Shown piece after piece: positions 17,523 through 27,366 of a stretch of DNA of 29,894 bases. Position 1 is the first letter of the stretch. Each line of letters opens with the position of its first letter. The DNA is from Promethearchaeota archaeon (GTDB lineage: Archaea > Asgardarchaeota > Lokiarchaeia > Sigyniarchaeales > SOKP01). Location: NCBI GenBank assembly GCA_016840165.1, contig JAEOSU010000035.1, positions 1 to 29,894 on the forward strand, in the 5' to 3' direction. A program made the position numbers and the translations under genes. The notes below the pieces were generated by a model. The model did not search any database and had not been told where the DNA came from. It saw only the letters and a program-made list of their open reading frames with translations.

Positions 17523-19640
17523 ATGAAAGATAAAGGAAATTATAACCGTTTAATTAATGAAAAAAGTCCATATTTGATCCAACATGCCCAGAATCCAGTA
17601 GATTGGTATCCATGGGGCGATGAGGCATTTCAGAAAGCCAAAAAAGAGAACAAACCGATTTTCCTGTCAATAGGGTATTCTACTTGCCATTGGTGTCATG
17701 TTATGGCCCATGAATCTTTTGAAGATAACGAGATCGCAGATTTAATGAATAAAACTTTTATATCAATTAAAGTTGATAGAGAAGAACGTCCCGATATTGA
17801 CAGTATATACATGACCGTTTGTCAATTAATGAATCGTTCCGGTGGTTGGCCACTTACCATCATAATGACCCCTGAAAAGAAGCCGTTTTTCGCAGGGACA
17901 TATTTTCCAAAAGAAAGCCGATTTGGAAGGATGGGCTTAAAAGAGTTGATTCCCAAGATTAAAGAACTTTGGAATAACGAGAAGGAAAAATTAATTGAAT
18001 CAAGCGAAAAAATTACTGCGCTCTTACAAGAAGCAACTTCAGAGGCTCCAGGGTTGAGTTTAAATGAGAGAGACCTTAAAAATGCAATGCAACAATTAAC
18101 TACTAATTACGATGAAAAATATGGAGGTTTTGGAGAACGTCCGAAATTTCCTAGTCCCCATAATTTATTGTTTTTATTAAGGATGTGGAAAAGAACTGGA
18201 AATGAGCAACTTTTATCCATGGTTGAGAATACTTTACAAGCTATGAGACTAGGAGGCATATTCGATCATATTGGATTTGGTTTTCATCGTTATTCTACAG
18301 ACCGTACATGGTTAGTCCCTCATTTTGAGAAGATGCTATATGATCAAGCGATGTTAGCAATCGCCTACACCGAAGCTTATCAAGCCACTAAAAACCCTAT
18401 GTATGAGAGCACATCAAAAGAGATTTTCAATTATGTTTTAAGAGATATGGTTTCAGAAAACGGAGGTTTTTATTCTGCTGAAGATGCTGATAGCGAAGGC
18501 ATTGAAGGAAAATTTTACGTTTGGAATTATAGCGAACTCCAAGCTCAATTAGAAAAGGAGGATTTGGAGTTTTTTACGACTGTTTATAATGTAAGAAAGG
18601 ATGGCAATTATCGTGAAGAAGCAACCCAGAAAATTACTGGTGAAAATATTCTACATTTAACTAAACCATTTGAAGAACTAGCAAATGAATTTAAAATGTC
18701 ATTAGAGAATTTTTTTAGCAGATTACATAATATTCGCCAGAAATTATTTATTGAACGAGAGAAAAGAATCCATCCTCATAAAGATGATAAGATTCTGACT
18801 GATTGGAATGGATTAATGATCGCCGCTTTGGCGTTAGGAGGATACGTGTTTAATGAGCCTAAATACATTGAGGCAGCAAAAAGAGGAGTAAATTTCATTT
18901 TAAAAAATTTAAGAGACACTGAAGGTCGACTATTACACCGATTTCGCAAGGGAAGTGCGGAACTGAAGGCATTTTTAGATGATTATGCGTTTTTCATTTG
19001 GGGTATACTTAATTTCTATGAAGCAACGTTAGATGAAAAATATTTAGAACTAGCTATAGAAATGATGGAAGATCAGTTGCAATATTACTGGGATAAAGAG
19101 ATTGGTGCATTTTACTTTACAGCAAATGATGCTGAGGAATTAATTGCCCGTAGAAAAGAAATATACGATGGAGCAATTCCTTCAGGGAACTCAGTAGCAA
19201 TGTTAAATTTGTTAAGATTAAGCCAATTAACTGGTGAACAAGATTATGAAACTAAAGCTGACATTCTTGGAAGAGTATTTACTGAGAATATTAAAAATAG
19301 CGCTCTTGGTTTTACTTTCTTTCTAAGTGCGACTGATTTTGTATTGGGACCGACCTTTAGTTTAGTAATTTCAGGGGATACAAATAAAAAAGATACAAAT
19401 TTACTCTTAGAAACGATTCGAGATAATTATCTTCCAAATAAAGCATTACTTTTTCGACCTACTGACATAGAATCGCCAAAAATAGATGAAATATCAAATT
19501 TTATCACCTATTTTGATAAACATGAAGATAAAGCAACGGCATATATATGTATTAATAAAACTTGTAAACCTCCTACAAATAATCCAGAAAAAATGCTAGA
19601 ATATCTTAATCCAAAAAGAAATGGTAATCTTGCAAATTAG
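17523..19640 (+). CDS. yyaL: Thioredoxin-domain / six-hairpin glycosidase-like protein (YyaL / SSP411-SPATA20 family)
   Basis: [63 protein letters not shown] and [11 protein letters not shown] motifs. Confidence 0.93.
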   Translation: MKDKGNYNRLINEKSPYLIQHAQNPVDWYPWGDEAFQKAKKENKPIFLSIGYSTCHWCHVMAHESFEDNEIADLMNKTFISIKVDREERPDIDSIYMTVCQLMNRSGGWPLTIIMTPEKKPFFAGTYFPKESRFGRMGLKELIPKIKELWNNEKEKLIESSEKITALLQEATSEAPGLSLNERDLKNAMQQLTTNYDEKYGGFGERPKFPSPHNLLFLLRMWKRTGNEQLLSMVENTLQAMRLGGIFDHIGFGFHRYSTDRTWLVPHFEKMLYDQAMLAIAYTEAYQATKNPMYESTSKEIFNYVLRDMVSENGGFYSAEDADSEGIEGKFYVWNYSELQAQLEKEDLEFFTTVYNVRKDGNYREEATQKITGENILHLTKPFEELANEFKMSLENFFSRLHNIRQKLFIEREKRIHPHKDDKILTDWNGLMIAALALGGYVFNEPKYIEAAKRGVNFILKNLRDTEGRLLHRFRKGSAELKAFLDDYAFFIWGILNFYEATLDEKYLELAIEMMEDQLQYYWDKEIGAFYFTANDAEELIARRKEIYDGAIPSGNSVAMLNLLRLSQLTGEQDYETKADILGRVFTENIKNSALGFTFFLSATDFVLGPTFSLVISGDTNKKDTNLLLETIRDNYLPNKALLFRPTDIESPKIDEISNFITYFDKHEDKATAYICINKTCKPPTNNPEKMLEYLNPKRNGNLAN

Positions 19641-19674
19641 GATTAATAAACAAGAATAGAGCTCTAATAATTCA

Positions 19675-20088
19675 TTATAGATTAAATTCTTCGATCTTAG
19701 CTATTACTATGTTCTTTAATTCTTCAATTTCTTTTACAGAGTTCATCTCCTTCTGCGAGATAAATAATCTTAACGTTCCACTGTACAGAAGGTAAGCTGA
19801 GGGAAACTTAGCGTCTTCAACTTTAAATTTTTCATTAAATTCGTCTTTATGGAGAAATTCAAACTTGAACTTATCTTTTTTTTTAAATTCTACTGGTACA
19901 TCTAAATTATTTACAAAATTTTTCCAATCTTTCTTCATTCCAAAAGCTCCAAAGGTCACTTGGCAGAGATTACACTGATATGTACTCTTTCGAAACGTTT
20001 TATGTAATGTGTCTTTAAGTCCGGTGAATAGCCCACCACTATCTGCATTATATACAAAAATTAGTTTAGTCTCCTCTTCGTCACTCAT
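19675..20088 (-). CDS. Conserved hypothetical protein with CNLC motif (thioredoxin-like fold suspected)
   Basis: LIFVYNADSG...HK....YQCNLCQVTFG...W..F...FLHKDEF...FP pattern; RBS-like GTGAT upstream. Confidence 0.7.
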   Translation of the reverse strand: MSDEEETKLIFVYNADSGGLFTGLKDTLHKTFRKSTYQCNLCQVTFGAFGMKKDWKNFVNNLDVPVEFKKKDKFKFEFLHKDEFNEKFKVEDAKFPSAYLLYSGTLRLFISQKEMNSVKEIEELKNIVIAKIEEFNL

Positions 20089-20228
20089 GTAATATCACAT
20101 TTTCTTAAATATCTAATAGTATATTTTAGTTTAATCTTCAGATTTTTTTAATTTAAAGTTTATAAATCATAAATTTCCTCAATCAAAAAACAGAGAGAGA
20201 GATCATCAAAAGTCGAAAGGATTAAGAG

Positions 20229-20618
20229 TTATGTGAAAAATAGTTTCCTTATTTTTTCCATTCTATTCCTGTTTGTATTCCAATCATAACCCCCCATTCG
20301 AGCTTGAGAACGAAAGTGTATAATCTTATCTGTATCATTAAATAGAAACTCAACGTCATCATTGAATCTAAAAAGTGCAGTAGTGAATTGAAAATGCATA
20401 TAATTTTCACTCTCTTCAAGTAATTGGGTTCTGTTAAAGGAACTTATAATGTGCTTGATTTTTAATTTAGCCTCTTCAAGAGTGCTGGTGTAAATAATCG
20501 GCTCGATATAATGGGTCTCATCAGTTTTATCTGCCATAGTTGAAACACATACATGATGGGTATCACAGGGATAAAATTTTCCGTTTTTCAATCCAACTCT
20601 TCTTTCTTCTTTTGGCAT
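20229..20618 (-). CDS. DUF1499-family protein
   Basis: GLKNGKFYPC.....CVST, FRFNDDVEF and IHFRSQARMG.YD..TNRNRMEKIR motifs. Start refined to ATG 20618 (GTGAT 4 nt upstream). Confidence 0.8.
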   Translation of the reverse strand: MPKEERRVGLKNGKFYPCDTHHVCVSTMADKTDETHYIEPIIYTSTLEEAKLKIKHIISSFNRTQLLEESENYMHFQFTTALFRFNDDVEFLFNDTDKIIHFRSQARMGGYDWNTNRNRMEKIRKLFFT

Positions 20619-20747
20619 TAAAATCACTATATTCTCTTTCAATATAGAGAATCTTAAGATAATATAAATAAATTATTTTTATAAAATCTAAATTTTTCCT
20701 CATAGAGGGATTAGAAAATAAAATAATACAAATAAAAAGGTAATATT

Positions 20748-22064
20748 TTAAATGTCTAAGATATCCTTGACATCTTCAATTATTTTAGCTGAATCGAAAT
20801 AGCCAGTATTTCCTGTTTCTATAAAGATTTTTATTTCTTCAGCATAGCGTTCTTCAAAATCTTTGAGAAAATAGGCGAGTCGTTCCTTTAAACTCTTTTT
20901 TGCAGGAGTTGATAGGATTAACGCGAGTTTTACCCATTTACCATACGTTGCATGAATATAAAAACCTTTATAATTGATTTCATTCATGGATTCAGTTCCC
21001 CCAATTTCAGAAACGAATGAATCCATAGCACTCAAGAAACCTGAAACTAATTCTTTATCGATATTCAAATCTTCTCGAGAATAGGTTACCAAAGGGAGAC
21101 CAGTCTCACGATCAATAACCAATAATGTTCTAAAGATCTCTCGGTACATTGGTTTTCTTGCGAGAGATTGTTCCTTTTCTAGTGCTTCATCTTTCGGTAA
21201 TAGTTCATACATTGAGAATTTCTTAGGATTATAAGAATCAGACTCACTAAATTCATATTCAGAAAACTTCACGACTCTAGAAGGGGCACGTATAGGTTCT
21301 CGAGGTAATTTGCGTATATATTTTTCTGCACCATTTTCATCTCTATCTTTCGATTTTTTCCCTTTAGTAATACCAAGCACTCGCTGATGAATTGGATCAA
21401 TGATATAAAGCCATACGTTTAATTTTTCCATATCAGCAATAATTCGCTCAAACCCAATATCATAAACACCTCTTGGTGTAGTAACCAATATACTCCAATG
21501 TGATATTTTGGAGGATTCATTTAATTGATAAAAAGTTTTTAGATAGGATTCTTCATTCATTTCTGCGCCTGTTCGAACAAAAACTGCCTCTGTCCTTAAG
21601 CGTGGCGTTTTCTTTATTAAATACAAGTCTAAATTATATACAGATTCATCTAACGCAGTGGAATCAAAAACCGAGATGTTGAGATCTGCACAATAATCAC
21701 TAAAGATCTCAATAAGCTCATATTTTGAGATAAAATCAAATCGCGTGATATATTTTCCAATCCTATTATCCTTAAGAAGCATGTCAGCGATAAATGATAG
21801 ACAGTCGGAATATATCTCGCGTAATTCCTTTATATTGTGATATTTTTCATAGAAATGTTTACTAATATAATCCAGATATTCAAGTTTAGTTAGATCTTTC
21901 TCTTTTGGAACTTGAATGTTATTATTTTTTATAAAAATTTCCAATTCTTTGAATCTTGCCCTCACAATAAGGCAGTTCAAACAAAGTACTCCAATTTTTC
22001 CTTCATTTTCTTGTCGAATTTTCTCTAAAATATCTTCCAATGAATTTGATCCTTCAGAGCTCAT
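20748..22064 (-). CDS. Multidomain protein with C-terminal longin-like domain (paralog A)
   Basis: From aa ~310: IFRTLLVIDRETGLPLVTY...ELVSGFLSAMDSFVSEIGG...EINYKGFYIHATYGKWVKLALIL...LKERL..F..DFEERY, a beta-beta-alpha-beta-beta-beta-alpha longin pattern. Colinear with 22909-24207. Confidence 0.75.
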   Translation of the reverse strand: MSSEGSNSLEDILEKIRQENEGKIGVLCLNCLIVRARFKELEIFIKNNNIQVPKEKDLTKLEYLDYISKHFYEKYHNIKELREIYSDCLSFIADMLLKDNRIGKYITRFDFISKYELIEIFSDYCADLNISVFDSTALDESVYNLDLYLIKKTPRLRTEAVFVRTGAEMNEESYLKTFYQLNESSKISHWSILVTTPRGVYDIGFERIIADMEKLNVWLYIIDPIHQRVLGITKGKKSKDRDENGAEKYIRKLPREPIRAPSRVVKFSEYEFSESDSYNPKKFSMYELLPKDEALEKEQSLARKPMYREIFRTLLVIDRETGLPLVTYSREDLNIDKELVSGFLSAMDSFVSEIGGTESMNEINYKGFYIHATYGKWVKLALILSTPAKKSLKERLAYFLKDFEERYAEEIKIFIETGNTGYFDSAKIIEDVKDILDI

Positions 22065-22191
22065 AATGAATCTTACACCTAAATTTAATAAAAAAATTGT
22101 TATTAAAAATTATTAATGTCATTATGTTTTAGAAGTTAATAATCTTTACTCCTAGATATGATTTTGATTTAATTGCTATTCCCAGAAGTTT

Positions 22192-22821
22192 TCATTTGTT
22201 AAATAAAACATAGCTTTCTTTCAAACGCAAGATTGCAGTAAGAAAAACAAGAATTGCAAATAACCATAAAAGGATCAATCTCCACGGAAATAAAAGAACG
22301 GTAAGAAATAGAATTATCAAGGTTTCCGACCTTTCCATGAATCCTTTTTTATAACGGATAACTTTTCTTACTCCGTTATTCCTCTCGATTTCTTCTGATA
22401 GCATGCTGACGATTAAAAACATTGAAATACATAAAATCATTGCCCCCAAACTAAATAATCCAGGCCAAATTAAAGATAATGGATCAGTAGATACGATTGC
22501 AATAATAATCAATGTCTCAACGGTTCTATCGGAGAAAATGTCTAATATTCCTCCAAACTTCGTCGGTTTCTCAGCTCGTGCAATCGTTCCATCCATAGTA
22601 TCTAATACAAATGAAAATACCATTAAAATACATGCTAAGATATTGAATTCTAACGTAAAAGGAAACTTTATGCTTAAATAAATAACAAAAGCAGCTAATA
22701 TGCCAAAAACTAATCCTATAATCGTAAGTTGATTCGCAGAGACCCTCCCCAATAACACTTTTTTTACAAATCGTTCGTATGTGTTTTTTAGTTTTGTATT
22801 GGATAACCAAGTATCGATCAT
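22192..22821 (-). CDS. CDP-alcohol phosphatidyltransferase family protein (archaeal phospholipid head-group synthase)
   Basis: SANQLT and the signature DxxDGxxAR...GxxxDxxxD (DTMDGTIARAEKPTKFGGILDIFSD), GFMERSET, and about 6 TM helices. Confidence 0.92.
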   Translation of the reverse strand: MIDTWLSNTKLKNTYERFVKKVLLGRVSANQLTIIGLVFGILAAFVIYLSIKFPFTLEFNILACILMVFSFVLDTMDGTIARAEKPTKFGGILDIFSDRTVETLIIIAIVSTDPLSLIWPGLFSLGAMILCISMFLIVSMLSEEIERNNGVRKVIRYKKGFMERSETLIILFLTVLLFPWRLILLWLFAILVFLTAILRLKESYVLFNK

Positions 22822-22908
22822 TAATTATTAAATGTTTTATTATTCTAAATTTATTTCCTCTCTCCACGCTTCTTCTAAATGTGGATTTTTCTTGAGAAAA
22901 ATGAATTT

Positions 22909-24207
22909 TTATATATTTAAAATTTCCTTAACAAGTGAAATAATCTCGTCCTGATTAAATAGATCTGAATCCCCAGACTTACGAAATTTTTCAATTAAAT
23001 CAACATATTTTTCTTCAAATATTTCTATTAAATAACTTAATCTATCCTTTAAACTCTTGTCAGCAGGCTCAGAAAGGAAACATGCGAGCTTTGTTGATTC
23101 ACCATATGCTGCTTGTACATAAAAGCCCATATAATTAATCTCCTTTAACCTTGTACCGCCAATTTGGGAAATATAGGAATCCATTGCTGTCAAAAAACCA
23201 GATGCTAAAGTTTGCTCTTTGAAATTTTCACTAGTATAGGAAACTATTGGTGTGCCTGATAAGATTTCTATGATTATTAAATCTCTAAAAATATTGGTAT
23301 ATTTAGGGTTTTCTTGTTCCTTTAAAATTAACATGTTATGCTGAAGATCATCATAAATTTCAAATAATCCAAAATCATTGGTACTAAACGATTTAACCTC
23401 GCTAAAAGTATAATCGGATAAATTAATCAATTGAGACGGAGCCCTTAAGGGTTCCCTTGGGAGATTCTTAATAAATTCATCTCTTTCTGTAATATCAAAT
23501 TCATTGTTTCTTTTTCCTTTTAAAATCCTAAAAATTAATTTTCTTGAAGGATCTACAATATAAAGCCAGTAATTTAATTGGCTCATTTCAAAAATCAGTT
23601 TTCTAATACCTATTTTAAGTGCACCAATAGGGGTAGTTACAAAAGTAATCCAATTAGCGACTTTTTTTGCTTTTTCAATTAAAGATTTAATTTCTGAATA
23701 TGAATTCGCATTGATCTCAAGCCCCGTCATAGCGAATACGGCTTCAGTTTTCTTTTTTGCTAAATACATATTCATCTTAGGTCCAATAGAACCTGAATTG
23801 CTGTTATAGACCGTAGTCCCTGAATCCGCACAATAATCTGCAAAAACATCGATTAAATCTTGTTTTACAATAAAATCAAGGTCATTTAGACATTTACCTA
23901 TATTAGAATCCCTAATTAACGTATTTCCAATATACTCTAAAGCATTATCGAATTTTGTTTGAAGTTCGGAACCATAATACATCTTCGTTAAATGTAAAAT
24001 TATAATTTTAATAAATTCTAACCTTGTTATGAAATCTTTTTCAGGGATTTCTATTCCATATCTTCTAGAAAAATCATATAAATCATCAACCTTACAATTA
24101 ATCAGAAGATAATTTAGACAAATAAGCCCAGCTTTCTGTTCACTCTTTTCTTTAAGGTGAGAAATTATGTTATCAAAAGTAAAATTTTCTTCTTCAATCA
24201 TATCCAT
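22909..24207 (-). CDS. Multidomain protein with C-terminal longin-like domain (paralog B)
   Basis: From aa ~306: IFRDLIIIEILSGTPIVSY...LASGFLTAMDSYISQIGG..LKEINYMGFYVQAAYG...LACFL...LKDRL....FEEKY. Shares CLN, DYCAD, TEAVF, VTTP, WLYI.DP and LPREP.RAPS with paralog A. Confidence 0.75.
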   Translation of the reverse strand: MDMIEEENFTFDNIISHLKEKSEQKAGLICLNYLLINCKVDDLYDFSRRYGIEIPEKDFITRLEFIKIIILHLTKMYYGSELQTKFDNALEYIGNTLIRDSNIGKCLNDLDFIVKQDLIDVFADYCADSGTTVYNSNSGSIGPKMNMYLAKKKTEAVFAMTGLEINANSYSEIKSLIEKAKKVANWITFVTTPIGALKIGIRKLIFEMSQLNYWLYIVDPSRKLIFRILKGKRNNEFDITERDEFIKNLPREPLRAPSQLINLSDYTFSEVKSFSTNDFGLFEIYDDLQHNMLILKEQENPKYTNIFRDLIIIEILSGTPIVSYTSENFKEQTLASGFLTAMDSYISQIGGTRLKEINYMGFYVQAAYGESTKLACFLSEPADKSLKDRLSYLIEIFEEKYVDLIEKFRKSGDSDLFNQDEIISLVKEILNI

Positions 24208-24320
24208 TTTTCAAGATGTTAAATAGAAAAACTAGTTTTAGTTCCCCTAATTCTAAATTAGTAGCAAAAATAGTTATTTATAAGTGTACGCTTTTAAAAA
24301 GAAAATAATGGTTGTAGTAC

Positions 24321-24353
24321 GAACTTGATATAATTAAAATTTATATCAAGTTC
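24321..24353 (-). terminator. Perfect 13-bp inverted repeat 30 nt downstream of hdrA (candidate terminator / 3' stabilising hairpin)
   Basis: GAACTTGATATAA-TTAAAAT-TTATATCAAGTTC; U-rich tracts lie on both sides on the minus strand. Confidence 0.5.
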
Positions 24354-24383
24354 AAAAATATTAAAAGTTAAAAAATAAAAAAA

Positions 24384-26402
24384 TTACTTTCCCCCATTTT
24401 CAATGGTGGGTTGTTTTAAAGCTACATTTATGATAGAATCAAGTTGAAAGTTGGCAAAATGATTTTGAACCATAGCTCCGGAAGGGCATGCTGAAACACA
24501 GGTTCCACAACCTTTACATAGAGCGGGATTCACTACTGCAACTTTCTTAAATTCATCGAAATCTATAGCTCCAAACGGACATAATGACTGACAGCTTCTA
24601 CATCCTGAACAGAGGTGTTCAATGACGACTGAATAGTAGGGTTCAATTTCTACTTCACCTTGTGCCATGAGAGCGGCTGCACTTGATGCTGCTCCTTTTG
24701 CTTGAGCAACGGTATCGGGAATATCTTTTGGCCCTTGAGCTACTCCTGCAACGAATATTCCATCGGTAAGTGTATCTACTGGTTTCAATTTTGGATGTGC
24801 TTCCATAAAGAATCCATCTGCCGAACGTTGAATGCTAAGTAATGAAGAAACTTTATCAGAATCTGCACGTGCTTCAAGTCCACACGATAGAACAAACATA
24901 TCGACTTCAAGTTCAATTGGTGTTTGAAGTAAGGTATCTTCTGCGCGTATTATGATTGAATCATTCTTTCCTCCATATACTTCAGCGATTCTGCCTCGAA
25001 TATATTTAATTCCATAATTTTCCCCAGCAGACTCATAAAACTCCTCATATCCCTTCCCAAATGCTCGAATATCCATATAGAATATGTAGACTTCCGCTTC
25101 TGGATGTTTCTCCTTATATTGGCGAGCCTGCTTCGTTGCATACATACAGCACACTCGTGAACAATAGGTATGCCCACCCTCTCTGAAATTCCTACTACCC
25201 ACACATTGGAGGAATGCAATACTATGTGGTGGTTTCACATCAGAAGGTCTAACTGGTTTCCCTAATACGGGACCAAATGAGCTTAACAACCGTTCCATCT
25301 GGAGCCCTGTTATCACATTTGGATACCGTCCATATCCATATTGTTTTAACTCAGTGGGATCATACAAATCCCATCCTGTAGCAACTATAATAGTTCCAAC
25401 TTTAACTTTTACGTATTCTGGCTTATCGTCATATTTTATAGCTTCTGGCTCACAGACATCCGTTCGAGCACATATACCACACTTAATACATTTACCCATA
25501 TCTATTGTGTATTCACCCGGAACGGCTTGCGGAAATGGGATATAAATAGCTTTTCGAGTGCTCATACCAAGATCAAATTCATTACCACAAACAACTGGAC
25601 ATGTTTCGACACAAGCACCACAAGCAGTACACTTCTCTTGGTCAACATAATGAGGTTTCTTCATAATGGTGACTTCGAAATTTCCAACATATCCCGATAC
25701 ATCTACAACTTCTGAATAGGACATTATATCAATGTTTTTTTTCCGAGCAACATCGACCATTCGAGGGGTAAGAATACAGGCTGAACAATCCATTGTGGGA
25801 AACGTCTTATCAAGCTGAGCCATATGACCGCCGATAGTGGGTGATCTCTCAACAAGATAAACCTTATAACCTTCATCTGCTAAATCTAATGCTGAATTCA
25901 TACCAGCGATACCAGCACCAATAATTAAACATGAAGGTTCCACTTTCACTTTCTGAACTTGCAATGGGACCAGTTTTCTAGATTTCGCTACTGCCATACG
26001 GATATGATCTTTTGCAATTTCGTATGCTCCTTCAGGATCTTGCATGTTTACCCAGGTCGCATGCTCTCTGATGTTAGCTTGCTCAAAGAGAAATTGATTT
26101 AATCCCGCTTCTTTACAAGTTAACCTGAATGTTGGTTCATGCATTCTTGGAGAACAAGCAGCCACTACGACCCTATTAATAAGCCCCGCTTCAATATCAT
26201 CTTTTATCATTTTTTGGCCATTATCAGAGCACATGAACTTATATTCACGCGCTAGAACTACATCTGGAAGCGTTAAGGCATAATCTTTCAATTTAACAAC
26301 ATCTACTACTCCTGCTATGTTAATCCCACAGTGACAGACATACACACCTATTTGCGGTCGTTCTTTAGCTGTGACTTTTCTTTCTTCTTGTATTTCAGTC
26401 AT
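24384..26402 (-). CDS. hdrA: Heterodisulfide reductase subunit A (FAD, Fe-S; Cys form)
   Basis: IGVYVCHCG.NI, VAACSPRMHE, ANIREH, IIGAGIAG, GGHMAQLDKTFPTMDCSACIL, QCVGSR, YCSRVCCMYA and FYMDIRAFGK motifs, with inserted and C-terminal ferredoxin motifs. RBS GAGGAG. Confidence 0.97.
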   Translation of the reverse strand: MTEIQEERKVTAKERPQIGVYVCHCGINIAGVVDVVKLKDYALTLPDVVLAREYKFMCSDNGQKMIKDDIEAGLINRVVVAACSPRMHEPTFRLTCKEAGLNQFLFEQANIREHATWVNMQDPEGAYEIAKDHIRMAVAKSRKLVPLQVQKVKVEPSCLIIGAGIAGMNSALDLADEGYKVYLVERSPTIGGHMAQLDKTFPTMDCSACILTPRMVDVARKKNIDIMSYSEVVDVSGYVGNFEVTIMKKPHYVDQEKCTACGACVETCPVVCGNEFDLGMSTRKAIYIPFPQAVPGEYTIDMGKCIKCGICARTDVCEPEAIKYDDKPEYVKVKVGTIIVATGWDLYDPTELKQYGYGRYPNVITGLQMERLLSSFGPVLGKPVRPSDVKPPHSIAFLQCVGSRNFREGGHTYCSRVCCMYATKQARQYKEKHPEAEVYIFYMDIRAFGKGYEEFYESAGENYGIKYIRGRIAEVYGGKNDSIIIRAEDTLLQTPIELEVDMFVLSCGLEARADSDKVSSLLSIQRSADGFFMEAHPKLKPVDTLTDGIFVAGVAQGPKDIPDTVAQAKGAASSAAALMAQGEVEIEPYYSVVIEHLCSGCRSCQSLCPFGAIDFDEFKKVAVVNPALCKGCGTCVSACPSGAMVQNHFANFQLDSIINVALKQPTIENGGK

Positions 26403-26415
26403 AGAATATCTCCTC

Positions 26416-27366
26416 TTATATTAATTCCTCCTTAATTTTTTCAATAAAAGGTTCGATTGGAATAAATGGTGACACACCCGATAAATCATGATTTTTTACC
26501 AATCCTAATTCATTAGGATCGATTCCAAAGGACAAACCAAGTAGCTGCGTAAGATAAATGACCGGGATTTTAAATTGTTCACCAATTATATCTTTATAAT
26601 AATTATTTGCTTCCATTTGCCCAAGATCTAGCTGGAGATGGCAAAATGGACAGCAATCTATAATAATATCTGCTCCTGAGTCTCTAATGTTTACCAGCTT
26701 TTCACGAGAAAAATCTGCTGCTACTTCTTTCACAGCAGTGCGTACTGCCCCCCCAGCTCCGCAGCACATAAACTTATCTTTATAATCAATGCTTTTAGCA
26801 CCAGTAATCTCAACAATTTCATCTAAAAATGTTGGATATTCATAATCTCCTCCCCAAGGACGCTTATCACTCGGTTTTAAAATATGGCATCCATAATGGA
26901 CAGCAACTTTAAGATCTGGAAATTTATGTTTAACAAAACCTTTTAAATGATCTAAACCCATATCAAGATACATTGCCTGAACAATATGTTTTGGCTCGAT
27001 CGAACCCTTGAATTTGCGACCAACTTTTGCTAAGTGCTCATTAACCATTTTTTTCAGTTCAGGCTCATGAATTAATTCCCACCATGCATCTCTTAGCGTT
27101 CCATAACACCCATTGCAGCCCGTGATTATATCAACGCCCAATTCTTCCGCTATAGTTAAATTTCGTGCAGCTATTACGAGCCATGTTGGAATGTGAAACG
27201 CCCGAAAGACACCAGGTGCCGGACAACAACTTGCGCCTTCCATCTCAAGGATCTCTGCCCCCAGATGATCAAATACAGCTCTTATAGATGACTCTATCAT
27301 AGGATATCGATTTGGAGCGACACAACCAAGAAAAAAAGCATATCTCCATTTTTTTTCTTCACTCAT
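26416..27366 (-). CDS. hdrB: Heterodisulfide reductase subunit B
   Basis: Two CCG domains: FLGC..PNRYP, SCCPAPG, CNGCYGTL, HYGCH, CCGAGG and CPFCHLQLD. ATGA overlap with hdrC. Confidence 0.96.
   Translation of the reverse strand: MSEEKKWRYAFFLGCVAPNRYPMIESSIRAVFDHLGAEILEMEGASCCPAPGVFRAFHIPTWLVIAARNLTIAEELGVDIITGCNGCYGTLRDAWWELIHEPELKKMVNEHLAKVGRKFKGSIEPKHIVQAMYLDMGLDHLKGFVKHKFPDLKVAVHYGCHILKPSDKRPWGGDYEYPTFLDEIVEITGAKSIDYKDKFMCCGAGGAVRTAVKEVAADFSREKLVNIRDSGADIIIDCCPFCHLQLDLGQMEANNYYKDIIGEQFKIPVIYLTQLLGLSFGIDPNELGLVKNHDLSGVSPFIPIEPFIEKIKEELI

Noticed and set aside
20748-24207. Two-gene restriction or anti-phage defence system
   Set aside because: The nuclease-like motif lacks catalytic residues, there is no DNA methyltransferase, ATPase or mobile context, and the flanking genes are housekeeping.
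24300-24383. SECIS element after hdrA
   Set aside because: hdrA has no in-frame UGA, and the hairpin is a perfect stem without the AUGA/GA non-canonical core or a GAA/A internal loop.
1989-25715. Short antisense or alternate-frame ORFs inside real genes (e.g. 1989-2186, 2884-3129, 6382-6588, 7519-7797, 11807-12139, 13530-13793, 14532-14891, 22403-22681, 22571-22867, 24950-25219)
   Set aside because: All are nested in well-supported genes and show no motifs; they are typical shadow ORFs.
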